Part shown: positions 30,350-40,009 of the stretch, in pieces
Position numbering within the stretch: position 1 is the first letter of the stretch
How the letters are laid out: every line of letters starts with the position of its first letter
NCBI GenBank assembly: GCA_963759735.1
Contig: CAVXAF010000002.1
Location: 58,255 to 122,254, forward strand
From: an uncultured Alphaproteobacteria bacterium
GTDB lineage: Bacteria > Pseudomonadota > Alphaproteobacteria > Rhizobiales > Hyphomicrobiaceae
Reading direction: 5' to 3'
DNA length: 64,000 nucleotides
Translations under genes and position numbers: made by a program
The notes under the pieces: model-generated
Database searches by the model: none
Told to the model about the DNA's origin: nothing
The model's input: the letters and a program-made list of their open reading frames with translations, nothing else

Positions 30350-31514
30350 TCAGTGACCTGACTTCGCCATCCGCTGACCAATGACGATCAGCCGAGCGGC
30401 GCGCTCGGCGGCATCCTGCAGATACTGGCGCGATTTCTTGATCGCCACATCGAGCGGCATCGCGTTGGGAGTGGCGGTCTCCAGCCCGTCGATGCCGTGG
30501 GCGAACACACCGCCGGCGTCATCGGCGAGGCCGCCGCCGATGGCGACGACCGGCACGCCGTGCTTGCGCGCCGCCATGGCGACGCCGGATGGGGTCTTGC
30601 CGAAGGCAGTCTGCGACGTCGACGCGCCCTTCGCCGGTGAAGGCCAGCGCGGCCCCCTGCATGTGGTCCTCAAGCCGCGTCGCGGCGACGACGAGTTCGA
30701 CGCCGCGCTTCAAGGTCGAGTTGGTGAAGGCCATGAGCCCGGCGCCGATGCCGCCGCCCGCACCCGCACCCGGCCGGTCAATGACGTCGGCGCCGATGCT
30801 GCGTTTGATGACATGGGCGAAGTGGGCGAGATTCTTGTCGAGCCGCTCGATCATCTCGGGCGTTGCGCCCTTCTGCGGGACCATAGACGCGCGAAGCGCC
30901 CTTCTCTCCGCACAGCGGATTGGTCACGTCGCAGGCGACGCTGATGTGGATGCCGGCGAGCCCGGGATTGACCGAGCGACATATCGACGGCCTGCACGTC
31001 GTCGAGATCGCCGCCGGAAATGAGGTCGCGGATCGGCGCGCCGCCGAAATTCAAGAAAGCGCACGCCGAGCGCCTGGGCGAGGCCGGCGCCCGCGTCGTT
31101 GGTCGCCGATCCGCCGATGCCGAGGATGATCTCCTTGACGCCGCGCTTGATGGCGTCGTCGATCAGCTCACCGGTTCCGTAGGTGGTGGCAACGAGCGGG
31201 TCGCGCTCCTCTTTGGGGACGAGCGGCAGGCCGGAAGCCTCGGCCATCTCGATCACCGCCGTCTTGCCGTCGCCGAGCAGCCCATAGGAGGCCAGGACGC
31301 GCTTGCCCATGGGGCCAGAGACTTCGACCTTGACGATCTGGCCGCCGGTGGCGTCGACGAGCGATTGCACCGTGCCCTCGCCGCCGTCGGCCATGGGCAC
31401 CTTGACGTAGGTCGCGTCCGGCCAGACCCGCTTGAGGCCCGTCTCGATCTCGCCCGCAACTTCCAGGGACGTCAGGTTCTCTTTGAAGGAATCAGGGGCG
31501 ATGACGATCTTCAT
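30350..31514 (-). CDS. Glycerate kinase (GlxK/GarK type), four +1 frameshifts
   Basis: [61 protein letters not shown] spread over several frames; either a pseudogene or an assembly error. Confidence 0.88.
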
Positions 31515-31751
31515 TGGGCACTTCTTCTCACGGACGCTCGCGCGCCAACGGCTAATCGGCGTTAGGTTACGGGGAAAGGCTGCACTGTGTCGCGCGCCTG
31601 CTTAAAGTTGCTTTCTTTTGGCGGGGGTTGCCCGAAAGCCATTGTGGCTCATGGTTAAGGATAGCCAAGAAGTCGTTCGCCGCAGGGCAGTTCACGAGTG
31701 CCAGGCCTATTTCGAGGGGCGCCGGATGGTCCCGGCCGGAGCGGTCATATC

Positions 31752-32417
31752 CTAGGCGCCCAGATCCTGGATGGCATCGGATTCAACGATGTGGACGCCG
31801 GGCAGCGCCGCCTCGGCGCAGACGCGCATCGCCTTGGCGACAGTTTTTGTGTGCACCGCCATATACTTGCGGAGCGGGCCCTGCATCAGCGGCGCAACCA
31901 CGGCCAGGGCGCGATTGGCGATGCGTTCCGCCAGCCGGTACTCCTCGCGCTCGCCGGCCAGTACTGAGGGACGCAGGATGTAGGTGGAGCGCAGGCCAGC
32001 GCCAGCGACGCCTTGCTCCATTTCGCCCTTGGTTCTGAGGTAGACGCTGCGGGCCGTCGCCCGCGCATCGACGGAACTGATGACCACAAAGGCGGTGGCG
32101 TTGTTGGCGGCTCCCCACCGGGCCAGGGCGACGGGGATGTCACGGTCGACCTTCTGGAAGGCCTCGGTGGAACCGGCCTTTTTTTGCGTCGTCCCGATGC
32201 AGCAGAATATGAACTCCACGTCCTCGCCGGCCGGCGCCGGGGAAAGGGATGAAAAGTCGACGATGCGCTCTTCCACCTTATCCTGGCGGGCGTAACCGGT
32301 CGGGCGGTGGTGCAGAATGACGATGCGGTCAAGGCGCGGGGAGGCGACCAAGAGCGGCACGAGCTGCCGCCCGATCGCGCCCGTCGATCCGGCGACTATC
32401 GCCGTTCGCTTTCCCAT
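31752..32417 (-). CDS. NAD(P)H-binding Rossmann-fold oxidoreductase (YraR/HIM1-like)
   Basis: VAGSTGAIG, FCCIGTTQKKAGS, YLRTKGEME, ILRPSVLAG. Confidence 0.85.
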   Translation of the reverse strand: MGKRTAIVAGSTGAIGRQLVPLLVASPRLDRIVILHHRPTGYARQDKVEERIVDFSSLSPAPAGEDVEFIFCCIGTTQKKAGSTEAFQKVDRDIPVALARWGAANNATAFVVISSVDARATARSVYLRTKGEMEQGVAGAGLRSTYILRPSVLAGEREEYRLAERIANRALAVVAPLMQGPLRKYMAVHTKTVAKAMRVCAEAALPGVHIVESDAIQDLGA

Positions 32418-32545
32418 GCTGCCCTCTCCCGTCATCTGGCTCGCACAGTAGTGACCGACCCAAGGCTCGTCCACGGGTGCCCATTACGTGGCAAGATGCA
32501 CGCTGATCTGCCTGTGTCAGCAACGTTAAACTTCAGGAGGCGTAA

Positions 32546-32785
32546 TTGAGTACCTTCACCGTCAAGCGCGGCCGGCGCTACCAAGCCAAGATCTCGCTCG
32601 GGCTGTTGGAGAGCCTGGCCGGCAACGATGTCATCGCCGGCCGGCTGCAGACGGCGGGATTTACCGATGTGTCCGTGAAGGGGTCCGGCAGCACCCGGTA
32701 CGCCGAAGGGATATGGCCGCGCGAGGATGCGAGCGCCGAGATGCCTGCTCAGGTAAGCGCTGTAACCGAAATTGAAGAAGCGTGA
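32546..32785 (+). CDS. Small hypothetical protein (79 aa)
   Basis: AGGAGG RBS directly upstream of a TTG start; coding-like composition. Confidence 0.7.
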   Translation: MSTFTVKRGRRYQAKISLGLLESLAGNDVIAGRLQTAGFTDVSVKGSGSTRYAEGIWPREDASAEMPAQVSAVTEIEEA

Positions 32786-33184
32786 GCGCGCAGCCGCAGC
32801 GGTCGCGAGGCGTTACAGCACGGGCCTGCGGCAACCAATGGCCGGGCCGGCGAGGGCCGATCTTCAAGGTCAGGATGCTTTGCTGTCCAAGAATTGGGCA
32901 TCGCCAAATGCTCCGGTGTTCATCCTAACGAAAGCACCATGACTGGCCGATTTTGTCCGCTCACTGACTTTCAACACACGTAGGACTTGTGTTGCTTACT
33001 CAAATTGGCAAAATGTGGAGTCTAGGGCCGAAGAATTGCGCAACCGGGACTATCGCTCGCGTTCGATCTTCAAGCCGCTCCGCGCAGCCCACGCACTGTC
33101 CGATCTCATCATCGGCTGTCGTCCGTGGAACAAGGTGCGCCTGAGTAGGCTCGGAAGCGTGAGGCGACTGTCGGCGGAGGGACG

Positions 33185-33637
33185 GTGGAGATGCAGTTGG
33201 ACGAGCACGGAGCCAGGATGATCCTGGATTCTTCGCACGCCGCCTGGAGCGGCGGTGACGTCGAAGGGGTGCTGAGTAACTACGTCGAGGATCTCGAGTA
33301 CTACTGCAACACCGGCGGTCCCGACGGAGGACCGCTGCGGGTGGTCGGAAAGGCGGCCCTGCGGGAGATGCTGCAGGCGATCGTCAAGGTCGCCGAGAGC
33401 GTCTCGGTGTCGGAATACTTCCGCTACAGCGACGGCGTCGGGCGCGCCAAGATCGAATGCTACATTCGTCACAAGACGACGAACCACACGATGGTGGGTT
33501 CCTATCGTCAGCTCATCACCTATCGCGGCGACAAGATCGCGCGCATGGAAGAATTCCATGATGCGGCGAAGATGATCGCCTTCTGGCAGATGATCTCCGG
33601 CGAGGACGCCATCGAGAAGGCGCTGCTGGCCGAGTAG
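33185..33637 (+). CDS. NTF2-like / SnoaL-like protein
   Basis: AAWSGGDVEGVL, VVGKAALREML, YRGDKIARMEEFHD. Confidence 0.8.
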   Translation: MEMQLDEHGARMILDSSHAAWSGGDVEGVLSNYVEDLEYYCNTGGPDGGPLRVVGKAALREMLQAIVKVAESVSVSEYFRYSDGVGRAKIECYIRHKTTNHTMVGSYRQLITYRGDKIARMEEFHDAAKMIAFWQMISGEDAIEKALLAE

Positions 33638-33770
33638 CCGAACGCCGGTACTCGCGCGCCAGCCGACGCTCTGGGCCATTCAGGCCGGCAAGGGAAGCGC
33701 GGCGGCACCGCTAGCCGGCCGCGCAACCATCGGCCTTCAGACCTTCAGGCCTCAATTCGCCAGGCCGTCA

Positions 33771-33977
33771 TCACCAGCGGCGCCAGCGCCACCACCAATT
33801 GCGATGACCACGCCAACGGCGCCATCCGGCTTGGTCGACGATTGAGGCCGCGTGGGCCGAGTTGCCCGGTACGGCGCTGAGGCCGGCTACCGGCGCCGCC
33901 AGGGCGGGGGTGCCGAACGCGACAGCGCCGAGCGCCAGCGCGCCCGCCATGGCGCTGATTGCGAGTTGACGATGCAT
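33771..33977 (-). CDS. Small secreted protein with Trp/Arg-rich C-terminus (68 aa)
   Basis: GGAGGA RBS, signal peptide ending ALA, C-terminus GWRRWRGHRNWWWRWRRW. Confidence 0.75.
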   Translation of the reverse strand: MHRQLAISAMAGALALGAVAFGTPALAAPVAGLSAVPGNSAHAASIVDQAGWRRWRGHRNWWWRWRRW

Positions 33978-34052
33978 GGTGTTCCTCCAGGACTTGCGTC
34001 CTGAAGGAGTAACCGCGAAGCGGCCAAGGCCGGCTTAGCCTGCACTATGCAA

Positions 34053-34069
34053 GTTGCGTCAAACGCAAC
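34053..34069. promoter_or_regulatory. Palindromic operator candidate overlapping a putative -35
   Basis: GTTGCGT-CAA-ACGCAAC; the minus strand reads TTGACG-N17-GCTAAG toward the 68-aa gene. Confidence 0.45.
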
Positions 34070-34135
34070 CGATCGCGAGGGCCACTTGCTGCTTGGCGGA
34101 GGGCGCGGGGCGCGGTTTACGGCGCTAAGCTTCCC

Positions 34136-35173
34136 CTACAGGGCGAACTGCAGCATGGCGCGGGTGCCGCGCTCGACTGGCTCGTAGGTGAGCTCGGCAC
34201 CGAGCCGCGTCGACATGCTGCGGATGACGCGCGTACCAAGGCCGGTGCCGACGGGCGCGGCGGGAGACAGCGACAGTCCGACGCCATCGTCCTCGACCGA
34301 CAGGTGCCCCTCATCGCCATGACGCATCATCTTGACGCGGATGTCGCCGCTCTGGTCGTCGACGTAGGCGTACTTATAGGCGTTGGTGACGAGCTCGGTG
34401 ACGATGATGCCGAGCGACACCGCCTTGTCAGTCGGTAGCCGGATCGGATCGGCGATAAGCGAGATATCGTGATCGGTGCCCCAGGCGAGCATAGAAGCGC
34501 GCAGCTCTTCGACGAGGCCGCCCAGGTAGGATTGGATGTCGACCGACTGCACGTCATCGGAGGTGTAGAGGCGGCGGTGAACGCCGGCGATGGCCAGAAT
34601 TCGCGCCTGCATTTCATCGAGTGCGCGCAACGCCGAGGCGTCGGTCACCGTCGAGCGCTGCATGTTGGTGAGCGCCGCCACGATGGCCAGCGAGTTGGAC
34701 ACGCGATGATTGACTTCGCGCAATAACAGCTCGGCGCGGTCGCGGGCAGCGATGACTTCGCGGTCGGCCGCTTCCTTGTCGCGCCGCAGGCGTTCCTTCT
34801 CCAGGGCCGTGACGATGGCCTCGGCGAGAAGGTCGCGGAAATGTCCCTGCACGTCCTTCCACACATAGTCGACGGCGCCGGCCTTGAGGGCGGCCACGGC
34901 GATGCGGCTGTCCTCCGACCCCGTCACGTAGATGATGGGCGGAGCGGCGGCCAAATCGCGCAGGCGCGGAAGAACCTCCAGGCCCGTCTGGCCCGGCATG
35001 TGGTGGTCGAGAGCGACGATATCGAACTGCTCGCCACCAAGCCGGACGAGCGCCGTTTCGCCGGATAGCTCCAGCACGACGTCGAACCCGCGCGACTCCA
35101 GGGTCTTTTGAACAAGCCGTCCAATCCCCGCGTCGTCGTCGATATAGAGCACTCTGGCCCTGCGGTCGGTCAC
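34136..35173 (-). CDS. Receiver-domain / HisKA_2 (HWE-like) histidine kinase hybrid
   Basis: N-terminal REC (IDDD, LDHHMP) plus EVNHRVSNSL, ELVTNAYKYA, VEDDGVG. Confidence 0.9.
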   Translation of the reverse strand: MTDRRARVLYIDDDAGIGRLVQKTLESRGFDVVLELSGETALVRLGGEQFDIVALDHHMPGQTGLEVLPRLRDLAAAPPIIYVTGSEDSRIAVAALKAGAVDYVWKDVQGHFRDLLAEAIVTALEKERLRRDKEAADREVIAARDRAELLLREVNHRVSNSLAIVAALTNMQRSTVTDASALRALDEMQARILAIAGVHRRLYTSDDVQSVDIQSYLGGLVEELRASMLAWGTDHDISLIADPIRLPTDKAVSLGIIVTELVTNAYKYAYVDDQSGDIRVKMMRHGDEGHLSVEDDGVGLSLSPAAPVGTGLGTRVIRSMSTRLGAELTYEPVERGTRAMLQFAL

Positions 35174-35616
35174 TGTGTCTCCGGAACCTGCATCACAGCG
35201 AAGAATAGACCGAGCTGACGGATGGCATTGGCGAAGTTGTCATAGTCGACGGGCTTGGTGATGTAGACGTTGGCGCCGAGATCGTAGCAGCGCTGAATTT
35301 CCCGCGCGTCGTCGGTCGTCGTCAACACGATGACCGGAGACCGCTTGGTATGCTGGTTGGCCTTGATTTTCTCAAGGATGGTAATGCCGGTCATGTCGGG
35401 GAGATTCAAGTCGAGCAACACCAGCAGCAGCTTCTTAGAGCTCACTTCGCCCGATTGATCGGGCCCAAGCAGGAATTCGAGGGCTTCCGTGCCGTTGGTG
35501 AAGGCGATCAGCTCGTTGTGTACGCCGGCGCGGCGGATGTTGCGCTCAATCAGTCGTGCGTGTCCCTCATCGTCCTCGATCATGACGATGGAGACTGGTC
35601 TACCCTCTAAGCTCAC
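35170..35616 (-). CDS. Single-domain response regulator (Rcp1-like)
   Basis: IEDDEGH, LLDLNLP, VIVLTTT, YDLGANVYITKP. Confidence 0.92.
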   Translation of the reverse strand: MSLEGRPVSIVMIEDDEGHARLIERNIRRAGVHNELIAFTNGTEALEFLLGPDQSGEVSSKKLLLVLLDLNLPDMTGITILEKIKANQHTKRSPVIVLTTTDDAREIQRCYDLGANVYITKPVDYDNFANAIRQLGLFFAVMQVPETQ

Positions 35617-37102
35617 CGAGATGCTCCGATTTTAGACGCAGGTTGCGGGGGAGTTTTACCTGAAAAGTGGTTCCTGATCCAACTTCGGAGGTCAGAGTGA
35701 TCTGACCTCCCAGGCGCCGGACAAGGGCCCTGACGTGGGCAAGGCCAATGCCTTCACCCGGCTGATCCTGGACGCCGGCGCGTCGGAACAGGTCGAAGAC
35801 GCGTTCGTGATCCTGCTCGCCGATGCCGCGACCATTATCCTCAATCTCTATCAAAATCGAGCCATCGCGTTGCGACCGGGCGCGCACCTGAATGAGCGGC
35901 GCCCTCCCTGGGGCACGATATTTCACAGCGTTGTCGACCAGGTTGCCGAACACCTGCTCCAATGCCAGGCGATCGCTGGTAATGACGGGAAGCGGTTTTT
36001 CGATAGCGAGCGAGCCGCCAGCTTCGGTGAGACGATGCTGGACGCTGTCGGAGATGCCCTCGAACAGGGTGACGAGGTTGACCGCTTCGGGATTGATGTT
36101 CCGCCGGCCTTCGCGCGACAGCTTGAGAATCGCGTTGATCAGCGAATCCATCTTCTTGGTCGAGCTCTGGATAAACGAGATGGCCTCGGGGATTTCCTCT
36201 TTCACCGCGGTCTTCGCAGCCGGGGCGGAGGCCAATGCATCGAGGCCCGGATCGTCGGTGAGGGTCTGCAACGCCTCAAGAGATGTTTTCAGCTCGGCCG
36301 TGAAGCCCATCACGTTGACCAGAGGCGCGCGCAGGTCGTGGCTGACGATGTAAGCGAAGCGCTGGATCTCATCGTTGGCGCGCTGCAGGTCGATCGTGCG
36401 CTCCTTGACGCGCAAATCGAGGCCGGCATTCAGCGCCTCGACCTCGGTCCGCGCGCGCACAATCTCGCGGGTGTAGTTGACCAGCGCCCAAGCGACGCCA
36501 CCGCCTGCAAGCAGCACCAGGACGCCGCCAACGATGGTCGACAGACGCAGATAGCCGGCGTTTTCGCGCTGCTCCTCAATGGCCAGGACAAGCCGCCTCT
36601 CGACGTCATTGCGCTCCGCAACGATACGGTCGCGCACACTGTCCATCAGCTCTTTGCCGCGGTCGGCAAGCACGATGGCCAATGCTTCCTGGTCCTTGCC
36701 GGCGCGCTTCAGCTCCACCGTTTGCCTAAGCTCATCGAGCTTGTCCTTGATGAGCGGACGGAGCCCGGTGACGAATTCCTGCGCCTCGCCGCGCGTCCCA
36801 ATGACCCGGGTCAACGTCTGCATGGCAGGCTCGATGTTTGACACGGCCTGTTGGTACGGCTGCAGGTACCGCTCCTCTCCCGTCAGGAGATAACCGCGCT
36901 GGCCGGTTTCGGCATCCTGCATAAGCGAGAGCAGATCGGCGAGCGCGCTGCGCATTTCGCGCGTCGCCAAGACCTCTTCGGTCGAGGCGTTGGTGCGCTG
37001 CATCGTCCACACCGACAACCCGACCATCACCAGCAGGGCGGCAAGCCCGATGGCGGTGAACAGCGCGGTGGCGCGCATCAGCGTATACTTGGATACCGGC
37101 AC
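35600..37102 (-). CDS. CHASE3-domain sensor histidine kinase
   Basis: DAETGQRGYLLTG (CHASE3), two TM segments, SHDLRAPL, NLVDNAVKY, EDNGRGI, GIGLA. Confidence 0.92.
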   Translation of the reverse strand: MPVSKYTLMRATALFTAIGLAALLVMVGLSVWTMQRTNASTEEVLATREMRSALADLLSLMQDAETGQRGYLLTGEERYLQPYQQAVSNIEPAMQTLTRVIGTRGEAQEFVTGLRPLIKDKLDELRQTVELKRAGKDQEALAIVLADRGKELMDSVRDRIVAERNDVERRLVLAIEEQRENAGYLRLSTIVGGVLVLLAGGGVAWALVNYTREIVRARTEVEALNAGLDLRVKERTIDLQRANDEIQRFAYIVSHDLRAPLVNVMGFTAELKTSLEALQTLTDDPGLDALASAPAAKTAVKEEIPEAISFIQSSTKKMDSLINAILKLSREGRRNINPEAVNLVTLFEGISDSVQHRLTEAGGSLAIEKPLPVITSDRLALEQVFGNLVDNAVKYRAPGRAPLIQVRARSQRDGSILIEIEDNGRGIGEQDHERVFDLFRRAGVQDQPGEGIGLAHVRALVRRLGGQITLTSEVGSGTTFQVKLPRNLRLKSEHLGELRG

Positions 37103-37187
37103 TCTATTCTTTCTTCGCTCTTCCCTCAGCCAGAAGCCGCCAGCTTGCGCCGGCGGCTTCCTGAGTTTGTTATGTTAAAACAGAGAC

Positions 37188-39399
37188 TTAGCTAGCCTCC
37201 CGACGCGGCGGCCGGCGATCTCGTCCGCCACCACCGCCCTCGCGGCGCGGGGGACGCGAAGCACTGAACTCCTGTTCCGGCTCCTCACCCTCGGCGCGCG
37301 GAATTTCCTGGCCGGTCGTCTGATCGATGATCTTCATCGACAGGCGTGTCTTGCCGCGCTCGTCGAAGCCCAGGAGCTTGACGTAGACCTCCTGGCCTTC
37401 CTTGACCACCTCGCCGACCGTCGCCGGACGCCCGGGTGCCAGCTGCGAGATGTGCACGAGGCCGTCCTTGGCGCCGAAGAAGTTCACGAAGGCGCCGAAG
37501 TCCATGATCTTGACGACCTTGCCCTTGTAGATCGTGCCGACCTCGGGCTCAGACGTGATCTCGCGAATGCGCCGCAGCGCCTCGTCGATCGACTCCCGCT
37601 TGGAAGCGGCAACCTTCACCGTGCCATCGTCGTCGATATCGATCTTGGCACCGGACTTAGCGACGATCTCGCGGATTACCGAGCCGCCCGAGCCGATCAC
37701 TTCACGAATCTTGTCGGTCGGGATCTTGATGGTCTCGATGCGCGGAGCGTGCTCGCCAAGCTCAGTGCGGGCGGTGCCCAGAGCCTTCGACATCTCCCCG
37801 AGGATGTGCAAGCGGCCATCGCGAGCCTGATCAAGCGCGATGCGCATGATCTCTTCGGTGATGCCCGTGATCTTGATGTCCATCTGCAGCGAGGTGACGC
37901 CGTTCTCGGTGCCGGCCACCTTGAAGTCCATGTCGCCGAGATGGTCCTCATCGCCAAGGATGTCGGAGAGGACTGCGAAGTCCTCGCCTTCCTTGATGAG
38001 GCCCATGGCAATACCTGCCACCGGAGCCTTCAAAGGCACGCCGGCGTCCATCAGTGCGAGCGAGGTGCCGCACACCGTCGCCATCGACGAAGAGCCGTTC
38101 GACTCGGTGATCTCCGAGACGATGCGGATGGTGTAGGGAAACTCCTCGTGCGAGGGCATCACCGGATGCACGGCGCGCCAAGCGAGCTTGCCGTGACCGA
38201 TCTCGCGACGCCCGGGCGAGCCCATGCGGCCCGTCTCACCGACCGAGTAGGGCGGGAAGTTGTAGTGCAGCATGAAGCGCTCTTTGCGAGTGCCTTCGAG
38301 CGCGTCGATGAACTGCTCGTCCTCACCGGTGCCGAGCGTGGCGACGACGATCGCCTGCGTCTCTCCGCGAGTGAACAGCGCCGAGCCGTGGGTGCGCGGC
38401 AGCACGTGCACTTCCGATACGATGGGGCGCACGGTCTTCAGGTCGCGTCCGTCGATACGACGGCCGGTCTTGACCACGTCGCCGCGCACGATCTCGCTCT
38501 TGAGAGCCTTGATGGTGTCGGAGAGCAGCACCTTCTCGGTCGCATCATCAGGGATCGTGATGCCTGCCTTGACCTTGCCCTCGGCAGCCTTGACGAGGTC
38601 GTAGCGCTTGGCCTTTTCCTTGGTGGAGAAAGCGGCGCGCAGATCGGCTTCGGCGATTTCCTTGACCTGGGCGGTGTACTTGCCGGTGTCGGGAAGCTTG
38701 ATGTCCCACGGCTCCTTGGCAGCCTTCTCGGCGAGCTTGATGATCGCCTGGATGACCGGCTGGAAGTGCTCGATGGCCGAACATCACGCCTTCGAGCATC
38801 TGCTTCTCGGACAGCTCCTTGGCCTCCGATTCCACCATCATCACGGCATCGGTCGTGCCGGCGATGACGAGGTCGAGATCACTGTTGGCCATCTCATCGA
38901 GCAGCGGGTTGAGCACGTACTCGCCACCGATAAGACCAACGCGGGCAGCCCCGATCGGTCCCAGGAACGGCACGCCCGACAGCGTCAGGGCGGCGGACGA
39001 GGCAACGAGGGCGAGGATGTCGGGGTCGTTCTCCATGTCGTGCGACAGCACGGTGATGACGACCTGGGTCTCGTTCTTGAAGCCCTCAACGAACAGCGGA
39101 CGGATCGGCCGGTCGATGAGGCGTGAGGTGAGCGTCTCCTTCTCGGAGGGACGGCCTTCGCGCTTGAAGAAGCCGCCGGGGATCTTGCCGGCCGCGAAGG
39201 TCTTTTCCTGGTAGTTCACGGTGAGGGGGAAGAAGTCGACGCCAGGCTTCGGGCTCTTGGCGGCGACGACGGTGGCGAGGACACTGGTCTCGCCGTACGA
39301 GGCGTAGACGGCGGCGTCGGCCTGGCGCGCCATGCGTCCAGTCTCGAGCGTCAGCTTGCGTCCACCCCAGTCAATTTCCACTCTATGGATGTCGAACAT
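37188..39399 (-). CDS. pnp: Polyribonucleotide nucleotidyltransferase, frameshift at ~38772
   Basis: [46 protein letters not shown]; KH and S1 domains. Confidence 0.96.
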
Positions 39400-39504
39400 G
39401 TTGGTTCTTTCTTTCTCTTAGCGATGCGCAGCGGCCGGATTGCCGGTTGCGCTAGCCTTCGGTTGGGACCGAGGCGCGAGGCGATTGGCCTCGAGGGATG
39501 CGGA

Positions 39505-39540
39505 CGGAGGGCCGTACGGGATTGCGTTGACGGCCCTCCG
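39505..39540. other. Perfect 11-bp stem-loop between rpsO and pnp
   Basis: CGGAGGGCCGT (39505-39515) pairs with ACGGCCCTCCG (39530-39540); a terminator or processing role is inferred. Confidence 0.7.
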
Positions 39541-39551
39541 TGCGCTTGTCG

Positions 39552-39821
39552 TCAGCGACGGATGCCGAGCTTCTCGATGATACCCTGGTAGCGCTGTTCG
39601 TTCTTGCGCTTCACGTAGTCGAGGAGCTGGCGGCGCTGGCTCACCATCTTGAGGAGGCCGCGGCGCGAATGGTTGTCTTTCTTGTGCATCTTGAAGTGGT
39701 CGGTGAGATGATTGATGCGCTCGGTGAGAATGGCGATCTGCACCTCCGGCGAACCGGTATCGTTGGGCTTGGTCGCATTGTCTTTGATGAGCGCAGTTTT
39801 GCGCTCAGCGGAAATCGACAT
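39552..39821 (-). CDS. rpsO: 30S ribosomal protein S15
   Basis: [25 protein letters not shown]. Confidence 0.97.
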   Translation of the reverse strand: MSISAERKTALIKDNATKPNDTGSPEVQIAILTERINHLTDHFKMHKKDNHSRRGLLKMVSQRRQLLDYVKRKNEQRYQGIIEKLGIRR

Positions 39822-39900
39822 CGGGCATCCTTTCTGTGAGATGTGGGAGGGCAAAGCCCTCAAGCGGCGGCCACGGCCGGGATGTCGTCCAGCAGGGTCG
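39822..39900 (-). promoter_or_regulatory. Probable alphaproteobacterial S15 autoregulatory leader
   Basis: CTGGACGACATCCCGGCCGTGGCC...AGAAAGGAT immediately upstream of rpsO; resemblance to the alphaproteobacterial rpsO leader is recalled from memory and not checked with a covariance model. Confidence 0.5.
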
Positions 39901-40009
39901 CAAGTGATGGCGTCTTATACACGAGGCTGGCGCGCTCGCGAGCATAAATGCAGCCCTTATGGCGGCGATGATGTTAACCAGCAGCTCCACGCTGGGCCGG
40001 TCTGCGGCG

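Noticed and set aside
31515-31750. Sigma54 promoter (TGGCAC) upstream of glycerate kinase
   Set aside because: The -12 TTGC element is absent at the required spacing.
33015-33221. 68-aa ORF MESRAEEL...
   Set aside because: No RBS, it overlaps the SnoaL-like gene in another frame, and it has no recognisable features.
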